IMG/VR virus record: IMGVR_UViG_3300022591_000013
Location: 1-53,153 of that record
Origin: a virus
Lineage: Duplodnaviria; Caudoviricetes
Reading direction: 5' to 3' (one strand)
Length of the DNA stretch: 53,153 nucleotides
Positions within the stretch are counted from its first letter, which is position 1. Each line of letters starts with the position of its first letter. The translations under genes were made by a program, and so were the position numbers. Shown here in pieces: positions 38,198 through 47,475 of the stretch. The notes beneath the pieces were generated by a model, which did no database searches, was not told where the DNA came from, and saw nothing but the letters and a program-made list of their open reading frames with translations.

Positions 38198-38673
38198 TCG
38201 GAACAATCCGCAGAGGGAAGTCCCAACCATGGGGCACGCCCGGCAAGCTGGTGAGCAATGCCGGTTTCATGTGCGACACGCTCGAACTGCCGTGGCGTAA
38301 CAATCTGCGCGGCGTGTCTTGCATTGTTGCGCCGGACAGCTACATCGGCTACCCGTGGGAAAGCCCGACGCTTGGCCGGACGGTGATCCGGCTGATCGAC
38401 AAGAACGGACGGAAGGACTGTCTGCTGCACAACGGGACGTGGGCTGGCGACACCGGCCTCGACATCGATGGTGACGGCAAAGCGGGTGACCTCGTGACTC
38501 AGGTGCATGGCTGCACGCTGGTTGGACGCGGCTTCGGGATGATCCAGCGCCCTGATGGGGCAATGCAGATGGGCATCTACAAGAGCAAGGACACCCTGGC
38601 CGAGTTGATCAAGCACTTCGGCCCCGGCCAGCATTCGTTCCTGTACCTATGGGATCCGGGGTGCGAGCCGTGA
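38194..38673 (+). CDS. DUF5675-family putative endolysin
   Basis: GTPGKL...FMCDTLELPWRNN...SCI, LLHNG, HGCTLVG, SKDTL; lysis position. Confidence 0.7.
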   Translation: MIGTIRRGKSQPWGTPGKLVSNAGFMCDTLELPWRNNLRGVSCIVAPDSYIGYPWESPTLGRTVIRLIDKNGRKDCLLHNGTWAGDTGLDIDGDGKAGDLVTQVHGCTLVGRGFGMIQRPDGAMQMGIYKSKDTLAELIKHFGPGQHSFLYLWDPGCEP

Positions 38674-38894
38674 TGATGAACTGGAACTCCATCGACTCTG
38701 CCCCGAAGGATGGCTCACATATCCTTGGGAAGCAGTATCGCGGCCCCGCAACCATCAGTCACAATATGTCGCCGCCATACGTCATGCACTGGTTCGAGCC
38801 GGAAAACCGTTGGTGCCTGTCGAACGGAGATATGGGCACAGACCTACTCCCAACGCACTGGTGCCCAGTGCCAGCGTTCCTGTTCGCGGCATGA
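38673..38894 (+). CDS. DUF551-like small protein
   Basis: W.SIDSAPKDG..IL...PTHW.P. Confidence 0.7.
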   Translation: MMNWNSIDSAPKDGSHILGKQYRGPATISHNMSPPYVMHWFEPENRWCLSNGDMGTDLLPTHWCPVPAFLFAA

Positions 38895-38898
38895 TGCT

Positions 38899-39168
38899 AT
38901 GACTGAACAGCGCAAGGCATCCCTACGCCGCGACCTCAACGACCTCGTGCGCTCTCCAGACGGTAAGGTGTCTGAGGCGAAAGCGTACGTCGTCGCATTC
39001 AAGGGGGTTTTGCTCTACACCTTCCTGCACAACGTCGAAGTGATCCTGGGCGGCTGGGAGATCCTGTCGATCTTTGTGCTGGCCTTCATCGCCCCCGACG
39101 CACTGAAGAAGATCCTAGCCATGAAATTCGGTGCCACACCAACTGCAACGAAAGAGAGCAAGACATGA
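38899..39168 (+). CDS. Holin candidate
   Basis: DGKVS motif followed by two hydrophobic segments and a basic tail. Confidence 0.55.
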   Translation: MTEQRKASLRRDLNDLVRSPDGKVSEAKAYVVAFKGVLLYTFLHNVEVILGGWEILSIFVLAFIAPDALKKILAMKFGATPTATKESKT

Positions 39169-39752
39169 CGCGCACCCAAATCGCTATCGCAGCGGCCCTC
39201 ACGATCGTGCTGATCTGCCTTGGAGTCGGATTGGGCTGGTACGCATTTCATCCCGCGAAGGTCATAGAGACGGCCAAGCCCCCAGAAGTGCAGAAGGACG
39301 GCTCCTTGATCGTTGAGCGAGAGGCGACAACCCCCACTGCCAAGCCCAAGCAGCAGGTGCCAAAGGGAGGCAAGGTAGAGCGCATTGGGTCAGTCACTGC
39401 CCAAGGCATCACCCCCGATGCGATAAAGGCATGTACGAGCGTTCCGTGCCCGCCTGTGACGATTGATACGAGCTTGGTGCGGATGCCGGACGGCAGCAAG
39501 CGCGTTATCGTCTCAAGTGCTGACGGGACAATCCTGAAGGGCGTCGATATCCCCGTCGATACGCAGGAGGTGCCAGAGCCCAAGGTATGGGCGGCTGGTA
39601 TCGCGATGAACCCGATGAATCAGACGCTGGGGGTTTGGGTTGAGCGCGACATACTGCGCGCCCGGGTGGGAGTAGAGATCAACCAGACCCGGCAGTCGCC
39701 GGTGGCCCCGACGGGAGCCGAGATTCGCCTGCGGGCTGGCTGGACGTTCTAG
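39165..39752 (+). CDS. Spanin-position membrane protein
   Basis: N-terminal TM segment; C-terminal amphipathic beta strands ending RAGWTF; last lysis gene. Confidence 0.55.
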   Translation: MTRTQIAIAAALTIVLICLGVGLGWYAFHPAKVIETAKPPEVQKDGSLIVEREATTPTAKPKQQVPKGGKVERIGSVTAQGITPDAIKACTSVPCPPVTIDTSLVRMPDGSKRVIVSSADGTILKGVDIPVDTQEVPEPKVWAAGIAMNPMNQTLGVWVERDILRARVGVEINQTRQSPVAPTGAEIRLRAGWTF

Positions 39753-40099
39753 AGGCGGGTGGTAAGACCCACCTTCTCCGAAGTCGCGTTGAACTTGTCG
39801 CGCACAGCCTGCGACAAGACAATCCCCTCCGCCATGCAGATCAGATCAACGCAGATAACGACGTCGGCTAGCTCTTCCGCCAGCCGCTCCTTGGTGGATC
39901 TGCTGCCGCGAATTCCCATGCGCTCGCGGTCGAGCTTCTTAATTTCGTTGCAGGCCTCGCCGCATTCCCCTGCCAGCTCGTTCCCGCGATACGAAAGGGC
40001 GATCTTGTCACTAGGGTCCCACTCGCGCTGGCGGCGGATGTTCGCAGAGCGAAGGTCGTCGAAGTTGATGCCAAGCGCGGCGCTATTTCCCGCTCTCAT
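39749..40099 (-). CDS. MazG-like nucleotide pyrophosphohydrolase
   Basis: ELAGECGEACNEIKK...LAEELADV...KFN. Confidence 0.85.
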   Translation of the reverse strand: MRAGNSAALGINFDDLRSANIRRQREWDPSDKIALSYRGNELAGECGEACNEIKKLDRERMGIRGSRSTKERLAEELADVVICVDLICMAEGIVLSQAVRDKFNATSEKVGLTTRL

Positions 40100-40389
40100 G
40101 ATTCAACCTTCAGCAAGGTGCGCCGCATCACGCGTACCTCGGGCTCCTGCACCAGCTTCGTGCGGTGCGGTAACAGCCTGCCGCGCCACCGCAAGACCTT
40201 GATGAGCTCGAGCTTGTAGTGCTCTGCCCAGGACTTGGCTTTCCAGAACCCCCACTGTCCGAGATGTTTGTCCCAGCTTGCGGTAGTTTCCTCCTCGGTG
40301 ACCAGGTCGGTCATTACAACTACATCGTAGATCCCCGGATTGACCGGGGCAACATCGCCCGGGAACCAGTCTGTTTTGATCTGCTCCAT
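40096..40389 (-). CDS. Hypothetical protein (97 aa)
   Basis: GGAGG RBS; TDWFP..V.PV.PG.Y...WRG. Confidence 0.7.
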   Translation of the reverse strand: MEQIKTDWFPGDVAPVNPGIYDVVVMTDLVTEEETTASWDKHLGQWGFWKAKSWAEHYKLELIKVLRWRGRLLPHRTKLVQEPEVRVMRRTLLKVES

Positions 40390-40399
40390 TTCGCCTCCC

Positions 40400-40852
40400 T
40401 TAGAAGCCGTTGTCGGTGAATGCGTCGAGATCGTAAGACGCAGAGCACTTGCGGGTCTCTTCGATCCGAACCTTGATCAACAAGCAGCCAGTCCCCTTCA
40501 ACTGCTGAGGACCAACTTCAAGCACAAGATAGCGCGCCATGTTCTCTGCCGTAGGGTTGAACGGAACCCAGACAACCCCCTGCGGATCTGCCATCGTCAG
40601 CGCATCGCGTAGCGGGTCGGAATCAAAAACCAGGAACTTGTGATCCCAGTGCTCCTCTAGCCAAGCGCAGAGGTGCGACTTGATCGCGGAGAAGTCCAGG
40701 ACGCGCCCGACTTCATCGACGCCCCCGTCCGCGTCAATGACGGTGAAGTGGATGCGGTAGTTGTGCCCGTGAAGGTGCTCGCACTTGCCGCCCTGCCCTA
40801 CGACCCGGTGGCCGCAGGAAATGTCGTGGTAACGCTCTGCCGTAGTGCTCAT
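40400..40852 (-). CDS. queD: 6-carboxy-5,6,7,8-tetrahydropterin synthase
   Basis: CGHRV..GKCEHLHGHNY, LDF..IK, WDHKFL, NPTAENMA, ET; AAGGAG RBS. Confidence 0.93.
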   Translation of the reverse strand: MSTTAERYHDISCGHRVVGQGGKCEHLHGHNYRIHFTVIDADGGVDEVGRVLDFSAIKSHLCAWLEEHWDHKFLVFDSDPLRDALTMADPQGVVWVPFNPTAENMARYLVLEVGPQQLKGTGCLLIKVRIEETRKCSASYDLDAFTDNGF

Positions 40853-40883
40853 TGGAACTCCTTGGAAGTGGGTGATGCTGAGG

Positions 40884-40920
40884 ATATATACGCCCGCCCA
40901 ACGCATCGCAGCGTATATAT
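40884..40920. promoter_or_regulatory. Divergent control region with inverted GCGTATATAT boxes
   Basis: ATATATACGC (40884-40893) and GCGTATATAT (40911-40920), 17 bp apart, between divergent genes. Confidence 0.65.
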
Positions 40921-40958
40921 ATAAACGCAGCATACAGAACCTAACGAAAGGAGCAGCA

Positions 40959-41207
40959 ATGGCAGCGAAGCAGCAGGCAGTGATGAAGGACTGGCTGACG
41001 ACCAAGGACGTATGCCGGATCTTGGACAAGACGCCGATGATGGTTTATCTCTACCGTCAAGGTACGTGCAAAACAACGACGCCGCTTCCGCACTACGTAC
41101 AGGGCCGTGGGAAGCGGCATTTCGTGCTCTACAAACCCTCCGACATTCGTGCCTGGGCCAAGCACAATGGTTTCACCGTCGTTGAGTCTGCATTTCCGCG
41201 GCAATGA
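40959..41207 (+). CDS. Xis/MerR-like winged-HTH DNA-binding protein
   Basis: WLTTKDVCRIL...VYLYRQG...LP...VLYKPSDIRAW. Confidence 0.75.
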   Translation: MAAKQQAVMKDWLTTKDVCRILDKTPMMVYLYRQGTCKTTTPLPHYVQGRGKRHFVLYKPSDIRAWAKHNGFTVVESAFPRQ

Positions 41208-41848
41208 ACATAAACCCGAAAGCCGTAGGGGAGAACAAAGGGCGGGATGGAATGGAACCCACCCACCCCTTTAGGGGTAGGGGTGGGGTTCCATCCCGCA
41301 CTATCCTCCCCGTACGCGGTAATGACGTAGAAGTGGTGAAGGGATTATGTCGGACACTTGATGTACGTCAGCGAAAGGAGGTACGTGACTACATCGCCTA
41401 TCTCGACAAAGAGCAGGGCCAAGCAAACCTCTTGAGCGCGAGAGCAGGACAAGCCCTTGAGCGCGACGAGGAGATGTGGGCCGACAGTCTTGAGCAGACG
41501 TTGGGCGAAGCTCTAGGAAGCCCGCCGTCAGCCCGCAAACGATCGCCAGCGATCCTTGGGTCACTTAGGGCTAGCTACGCTGTTGTTGGTGCCTTTGTTC
41601 AAGCCCTAGGTATCGTGCAGCCAGTCAGCTACAACAGGAAAGTGCTGTACAACCTGCTGGCTGGGTTTGTAGTCGAGTATGCCAAGCAGCTCGCGGCCAA
41701 GATCGGCGCGCCGCTGACATTCAAGTTCGTGTTGCAGAACGTCGAAAAACTTCCAGCCCTATTCGACCGGGCGTACCCCGGGTACGCGCAAGCTGGGCTG
41801 GCGTGTATAGTTGTAGAGCATCTCATCAACCCAAAACCAAAGGAATAG
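41204..41848 (+). CDS. Hypothetical protein (start uncertain)
   Basis: ATGA-coupled ORF; its 5' part overlaps a long inverted repeat. Confidence 0.6.
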   Translation: MNINPKAVGENKGRDGMEPTHPFRGRGGVPSRTILPVRGNDVEVVKGLCRTLDVRQRKEVRDYIAYLDKEQGQANLLSARAGQALERDEEMWADSLEQTLGEALGSPPSARKRSPAILGSLRASYAVVGAFVQALGIVQPVSYNRKVLYNLLAGFVVEYAKQLAAKIGAPLTFKFVLQNVEKLPALFDRAYPGYAQAGLACIVVEHLINPKPKE

Positions 41849-41849
41849 C

Positions 41850-42572
41850 ATGTTCGGCACAAACCCAATTCGGAAGCAGGATCTCAAGGACGGCGCAACG
41901 CTCCGCGTGCAGGAGATATTCAAGACGGTGCAAGGCGAAGGGCCGCATGCGGGGCGACCAGCAATCTTCGTTCGGCTGGCAGGCTGTAACCTGCGCTGCA
42001 CCTTCTGCGATACAGACTTCGAGAGCGGCTACCAAAACCAGCTCTCAATCCCCGACATCATGCAGATGATCGCCAATGCCAAACAGGAGTCGCACATATC
42101 CCTGGTCGTGATCACGGGCGGCGAGCCGCTGCTTCAGAACATCATCCCGCTGATCAAGCTCCTTCGTCGGTCCGCATACGATGTGCAGATAGAGACGGCC
42201 GGGACGGTCTGGATCCCCGAGCTCGATCAGCTTCTGTTCTTCCTAGGTGCAGATTCGCTGGTGTGCTCGCCCAAGACCCCTAAGATCCACCCGGACGTGT
42301 CGCGCATGTGCAGTCACTGGAAATACATCGTCAGTGAGACGAACGTGTCGGACGAGGACGGACTGCCAAACATGAGCACCCAGCCTGGCGCTGCCAAGGA
42401 AGGCCCGCTGTACCGCCCGCCGCCCAACTCCCACGGCGTGATCTGGGTGCAGCCGCTTGACTCCGGCGACAAGGAGCAGAACATACGGAACCTGTACGCC
42501 TCGATCGAATCCTGCATGAAGTTTGGGCACCGCCTGTCCGTGCAGATCCACAAAGTGATCGGGCTCCCGTGA
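41850..42572 (+). CDS. queE: 7-carboxy-7-deazaguanine synthase (radical SAM)
   Basis: EIFKTVQGEG, FVRLAGCNLRCTFCDT, VITGGEPLLQ, IETAG, CSPK, RLSVQIHK. Confidence 0.95.
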   Translation: MFGTNPIRKQDLKDGATLRVQEIFKTVQGEGPHAGRPAIFVRLAGCNLRCTFCDTDFESGYQNQLSIPDIMQMIANAKQESHISLVVITGGEPLLQNIIPLIKLLRRSAYDVQIETAGTVWIPELDQLLFFLGADSLVCSPKTPKIHPDVSRMCSHWKYIVSETNVSDEDGLPNMSTQPGAAKEGPLYRPPPNSHGVIWVQPLDSGDKEQNIRNLYASIESCMKFGHRLSVQIHKVIGLP

Positions 42573-43468
42573 ATCAGCGCGTCCTGCTGGCCGTCGATTT
42601 ATCGAACCAAGCATACAAGGCGGCAGCGAGCCACCCGCTGCTGTCTTCCGGTGATACCTTCACCGGCGGTCTGTACGGGTTCCTGGGTGCAATGCAGAAG
42701 GCGATTGCCGCGGTCGATGCAACAGACATCGTCATCTGCGAGGATCGAAAGCCCTACGTCAGGTCTGACCTGTACCCGCAGTACAAGGAGCTGCGAAAGA
42801 CCACGCGCGACCCCGAGCTGTATGAGAAGGCGCAAGCCACGATCGCGCTGATCAAGAAGCTGCTAGCAGTTACGGGGTGGCCGCTGTGGGCACTGCGCGG
42901 GTTCGAGTCGGACGACCTGATCAGCCATGCTGCGATCAAGTATCGCAACCGCTACAAGCACGTCATTGCCATGAGCAACGACAGCGACCTGTACCAGCTC
43001 TTCAAGTATCCGGGCTTCGCGATCTGGAAAGGGAAGAAAGGGCTCTACACCCGGCCCGAGTACGAGCGCGAGTTCGCCGGACTTCCGCTTGAGCACCTTC
43101 CGACCGCACTTGCGCTGATGGGCACGCACAACGAGGTGGAGGGTGTGCGGGGCATAGGGATCGTGACGGCGGTCAGTATAGTTTCCCATCCATTCAAGTT
43201 ACGGCAGGCACTGGATCAGCATGCTGATATCGTCGCACGCAATCTTGAGCTGATCCACCTGCCGCACAAAGACTTCCCGCGTGAGCTGTCAATCCCTGCG
43301 TACTCGAGGCAGTTCGTCGAGCGCGAGCTGCTTCGGTTCTGCGGCAGGTACGACATCAACGTGACCAGAGATATGTGCATCGCATTCGAACGCATAGGGA
43401 CAAGCCATGAAAGAGGAGTTGCTATCAGGGGCGCTACAAGAAAACATATTGACCCTGCTGGTCTTTGA
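42569..43468 (+). CDS. 5'-3' exonuclease/flap endonuclease
   Basis: LAVD, R..LYPQYK..R, GFESDDLI, SNDSDLYQL, GVRGIG. Confidence 0.88.
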   Translation: MNQRVLLAVDLSNQAYKAAASHPLLSSGDTFTGGLYGFLGAMQKAIAAVDATDIVICEDRKPYVRSDLYPQYKELRKTTRDPELYEKAQATIALIKKLLAVTGWPLWALRGFESDDLISHAAIKYRNRYKHVIAMSNDSDLYQLFKYPGFAIWKGKKGLYTRPEYEREFAGLPLEHLPTALALMGTHNEVEGVRGIGIVTAVSIVSHPFKLRQALDQHADIVARNLELIHLPHKDFPRELSIPAYSRQFVERELLRFCGRYDINVTRDMCIAFERIGTSHERGVAIRGATRKHIDPAGL

Positions 43469-44849
43469 CGATGAGTTCTGCCCCATCGTCCGTAACACGG
43501 TCAGCGCCAATCTATTCGAGTCGAAGATATTCAAGGAGATTGCATCGCATGCGATTGACTACTTCGACCAGTTCAAGGAAGCAATCAAGGAGCACCTAGC
43601 AGATGAGCTAGAGGGCATCCTCGACGGAACGGACAAGCGCAAGGCCGCGAGCTACAAGCGCGTCCTCGATAACCTATTCATGGCCAAGGACGGCATGAAC
43701 AGGGAGTACGTCGTATCCAAGCTCAACGTCTTCGTCCGGCAGCAGGGGCTGAAGTCCGCCATCGTCAAGGCAGTTGAGGCGGTGGAGAGCGGCAATATCG
43801 ACCAAGCCGAGATAGAGCTGAACAAGGGGCTGTCGTCGCAGATGGTCTCCTTCGAGCTTGGCACGAACTTCTCCGATCCCAAGCAGTCGCTCCAGTTCTT
43901 CGACCACGTTGCAGACGGGATACAGACAGGCATCGGGCAGTTGGACCGACGCGATATCTGCCCGCGACGGCAGGAGCTGTTCATGTTTGTTGCCCCTGCG
44001 AAGAAGGGCAAATCGTGGGCTCTCATCCAGGTGGGGAAGTACGCACTGCTTCAGCGCAAGAAGGTGTTGCACGTTACGCTTGAGATGTCGGAGCAGCGGG
44101 TCAGCATGCGCTACATCCAGAGCTTCTTCTCGATCTCCAAGCGGGAGGCGAAATTGCAGTGCCCGAAATTCACCTTGGACGAGTATGGGCAGTTCAGCAA
44201 CATCACCATGGAGGAGATCGTCCGCCCTACGTTGAAGGATGCAGGCATCCGCGCCCACCTGACTTCCCGACTGACGCGAGAGTTCAGGAAACGCCCGCCG
44301 CTAATCATCAAGCAGTTTCCCACCGGTTCGCTGACCATACCAATGCTCAATGCGTACCTTGACGGCCTCGAGAGATTCCACAAGTTCGTGCCAGACGTGC
44401 TGATCGTGGATTATCCCAAGCTCATGAAGCTCGACGCGCAGAACCTGCGGATAGAGCTGGGAGGGATTACGGAGAAGCTCCGCGGGGTAGCGGTGGAAAG
44501 GAACCTAGCACTTGTCACGGCTGCACAAGGCAATCGTGATTCGGCCAGCGCCCAGATCGTGACGGACACGATGATCGGCGAAGACTACAGCCAGATCGCT
44601 ACCGCAGACAACGTCGTCACCTACACGCAGACAGCGCAGGAAAAGGCCCTAGGGTTGGCTAGGCTGTACGTGTCGAATGGGCGCAACGACGAGGACAAGT
44701 TCGTCGTGCTGGTATCGCAGTCTTATGCGATAGGGCAGTTCTGCCTCGACTCGGCAATGATGGCGAACCACTACGACGATCTCCTTGAGCGGCTATCTCC
44801 TACCGCAGAGGGGAGGCGCCGCAGGCGTGCAGCAGGCGACCGCGAATGA
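43407..44849 (+). CDS. Replicative DnaB-like helicase
   Basis: TGI..LD, Walker A APAKKGKS, HVTLEMS, LIVDY, VTAAQGNR, TADNV. Confidence 0.88.
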   Translation: MKEELLSGALQENILTLLVFDDEFCPIVRNTVSANLFESKIFKEIASHAIDYFDQFKEAIKEHLADELEGILDGTDKRKAASYKRVLDNLFMAKDGMNREYVVSKLNVFVRQQGLKSAIVKAVEAVESGNIDQAEIELNKGLSSQMVSFELGTNFSDPKQSLQFFDHVADGIQTGIGQLDRRDICPRRQELFMFVAPAKKGKSWALIQVGKYALLQRKKVLHVTLEMSEQRVSMRYIQSFFSISKREAKLQCPKFTLDEYGQFSNITMEEIVRPTLKDAGIRAHLTSRLTREFRKRPPLIIKQFPTGSLTIPMLNAYLDGLERFHKFVPDVLIVDYPKLMKLDAQNLRIELGGITEKLRGVAVERNLALVTAAQGNRDSASAQIVTDTMIGEDYSQIATADNVVTYTQTAQEKALGLARLYVSNGRNDEDKFVVLVSQSYAIGQFCLDSAMMANHYDDLLERLSPTAEGRRRRRAAGDRE

Positions 44850-46432
44850 TTGCCAAGGACGCCCTCAAAGCGTACATGTCTCGGGAGCTGGACTCCTGCA
44901 CTTGGATGAAGAAGCTCCCGCGCGAAGTGCTCGAACGGGAGCTTCGTGGTTTCAAGGTGCGCCCCAAGTTCAAGGGCCGCGATCCTTGGACGCACCAGCT
45001 GGCCTGCTTCCTGATCGGGTGCAGTTATCCCGAATACTTGTTTCTTCTCGACATGGGATTAGGCAAGACGCGCATTCTTCTCGACCTGATGACGCAGCGC
45101 CAACGCGAGGGCAGGTTCAGCAGGGCAATCGTGACTGTTCCTCGGCTTGTCAATCTGGGGTCGTGGGAGGATGCGATTAGGGAGTATTCGGACTTCGAGC
45201 CCAACATCGTCAGCGGCAGCGTCGAGGAAAAGTGGGAAGCACTATCCAACCCGAAGGGCGATATCACGGTCATCGACTATCCGGGGCTTCAGCATGCACT
45301 GTCGTCGCGCCTGTCCGGAAGCAAGATGTCAGAGAAGGGCCAGCGCGCAGGTAAGAACTTCGAGTACGGCAAGGATGACAAGCGCATCCGGCAGGTGGCG
45401 AAGCTGTACTCGTTCTTCGGGATGGACGAGAGCCACAAGTCGAAGAACAAGGATGCCCTGCGGTTCAAGTTATTGAAGCGGCTGACGGCGACAATGCCCT
45501 ACAGATACGCCACGACAGGAACGCTCTTCGGCAGGAACCCCGAGGACATCTGGGCACAGTTCTACTTGGTAGATCACGGCGAGACATTCGGCGACACGCT
45601 AGGGATGTTCCGCGCTGCATTCTTCCGCGAGGTTGAGAACTACTGGAAGCAGGAGTTCGCCTTCAACAAAGGCATGACGCGCGAGCTGTATCGGTTCCTG
45701 CACCACCGCTCTATTCGGTACTCCGAGGACGAATGCCTTGACCTCCCGCGCCGCAGGCACGTGACGATACCGATTCGATTCACAGAGGAGCAGCGTGACC
45801 ACTACATGCGCGCAGTGGATGGGCTGATCAATGCAAGAGGTGAATTGAAGGAGCTTGACTCGAACTATCTACGCATGCGGCAGATATGCGCTGGGTTCCT
45901 CGAGTGGCGCGAGGGCGACGAGAAGGCCCGCGTCATATTCCGCAACAACCCGAAACTGGACGCCCTCGAGCGGCTGGTCGTCGAGTCTGGGGACTCCAAG
46001 CTGGTGGTCTCCCACGAATACACTCTGTCCGGGCAGATGATCACGGAACGCCTCGACGAGATGGGCGTCAAGTTCGAATGGCTGTATGGCAAGTCGAAGG
46101 ACCCAATCAATGCCGTGCGCCGCTTCCTAGCAGACCCCGACAAGCGCGTGTTCGTGATGAACAGCGAGTCTGGCGGCACAGGTACGGACGGACTCCAGAA
46201 ACAGGCGCGGTATCTTGTCTTCTACGAAAGCCCCGTATCGCCAATAACCCGCCAGCAGGTACTGAAGCGCGTGCATCGCCCCGGGCAGGAACGCGAGCCC
46301 GTGATCTACGACCTAGTCATGGAGAAGTCGATAGACGCTCGCATTCTGGGCTTCGTAAAGGAAGGCCAGGACCTACATGCGGCAGTGGTAGATGGGCGCG
46401 TTGATCCAAGAAGTTTTTCACTGTTGCGTTAA
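44846..46432 (+). CDS. SNF2-like superfamily 2 helicase
   Basis: DMGLGKT, DESH, TGT, SGGTGTDGLQ, KRVHRPGQ. Confidence 0.9.
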   Translation: MIAKDALKAYMSRELDSCTWMKKLPREVLERELRGFKVRPKFKGRDPWTHQLACFLIGCSYPEYLFLLDMGLGKTRILLDLMTQRQREGRFSRAIVTVPRLVNLGSWEDAIREYSDFEPNIVSGSVEEKWEALSNPKGDITVIDYPGLQHALSSRLSGSKMSEKGQRAGKNFEYGKDDKRIRQVAKLYSFFGMDESHKSKNKDALRFKLLKRLTATMPYRYATTGTLFGRNPEDIWAQFYLVDHGETFGDTLGMFRAAFFREVENYWKQEFAFNKGMTRELYRFLHHRSIRYSEDECLDLPRRRHVTIPIRFTEEQRDHYMRAVDGLINARGELKELDSNYLRMRQICAGFLEWREGDEKARVIFRNNPKLDALERLVVESGDSKLVVSHEYTLSGQMITERLDEMGVKFEWLYGKSKDPINAVRRFLADPDKRVFVMNSESGGTGTDGLQKQARYLVFYESPVSPITRQQVLKRVHRPGQEREPVIYDLVMEKSIDARILGFVKEGQDLHAAVVDGRVDPRSFSLLR

Positions 46433-46461
46433 TCAAAAGTTATATATAAATTCGGTCATCT

Positions 46462-47475
46462 ATGGCATCACCTCTCAACTGGCTGCGCGTTCTCAACTCG
46501 TCTGGAATCGAGTACGTAGAGCGCGGCAGCAACGTGGCAAAAGGCCACGTCAACATCCACTGCCCGTGGTGCGGTTCGGCTGACCCGTCGCACCATCTCG
46601 GCATAGAGCTGTCAACGGGATACTGGGGGTGTTGGCGAAACGCCCAGCACCGCGGCAAGTCACCACTACGCCTGCTGGTACGCCTGCTAGGGGTTTCGTA
46701 CTACAAAGCCCGAGAGATAGCAGGGCTGACGGACGACTACGCGGACCCTGAGGGATTCGATGCGGTCGCAGCTCGAGTTATGCAGCGCGGGCAGGTAGAG
46801 ATCGAGCAGCTCTTCAAGCGCAACGCCCTCAAGATACCGGAAGGGAACCGGCCGATCGTCAATAGCGGCGCCACCCGCAGGCATTGGGAATACCTCGTGT
46901 ATGATCGCGGCTTCCTGCCTTGCGACATCCCGCTGCTGCTGGACTGGTATCTCGTTGTCGGCAGCGTCAGCGGGACGTACCGGGATCGGGTGCTCTTGCC
47001 TTATGTCATGGAGTGGGAGCTCGTGGCATGGACTGCGCGTGCGATCGCGGACGCCAAGATCAGATACCTGGACCTGTCGAAAGACGAATGCGTCGTCGAG
47101 CCCAAGCAAACGCTGTACAACCACGATGCGGCATTCGCAGGCGGGCATACGCTGCTGGTGGTAGAAGGCCCGTTCGATGCCTTGAAGCTTGATCTGTACG
47201 GGCGCGATTGGGGGGTGCGCGCGGTTGCACTCTCCACGAACAGCATCCAGGACCAGCAGATCTACCTGTTGGAGGAGGCGGCACCAAACTTCTCGCAGGT
47301 GCTAGTGATGATGGATAACGCAGGTCAGTTGGGAGTGGTGGATTCAATGCGGATGCGGGAGCTTCTATCGCAGGTACCAAACCTGGGATTCGCGCCCGTG
47401 CCCTACGGAAGGAAGGACGGCGGCGATCTACTGCCGAATGAGGTTATCAACTACGCAAGGAGCATAACAACATGA
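46462..47475 (+). CDS. DNA primase (zinc finger + TOPRIM)
   Basis: CPWC..H...GCWR, RVLLP, WTARAI, VVEGPFDA, MMDN, KDGGD. Confidence 0.85.
   Translation: MASPLNWLRVLNSSGIEYVERGSNVAKGHVNIHCPWCGSADPSHHLGIELSTGYWGCWRNAQHRGKSPLRLLVRLLGVSYYKAREIAGLTDDYADPEGFDAVAARVMQRGQVEIEQLFKRNALKIPEGNRPIVNSGATRRHWEYLVYDRGFLPCDIPLLLDWYLVVGSVSGTYRDRVLLPYVMEWELVAWTARAIADAKIRYLDLSKDECVVEPKQTLYNHDAAFAGGHTLLVVEGPFDALKLDLYGRDWGVRAVALSTNSIQDQQIYLLEEAAPNFSQVLVMMDNAGQLGVVDSMRMRELLSQVPNLGFAPVPYGRKDGGDLLPNEVINYARSITT

Noticed and set aside
39749-39752. Convergent genes sharing CTAG stop codons
   Set aside because: A common compact-genome arrangement with no further signal.
40959-41207. Excisionase implying a temperate lifestyle
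   Set aside because: No integrase, att site or CI-like repressor recognised; more likely a regulator or origin-binding protein.
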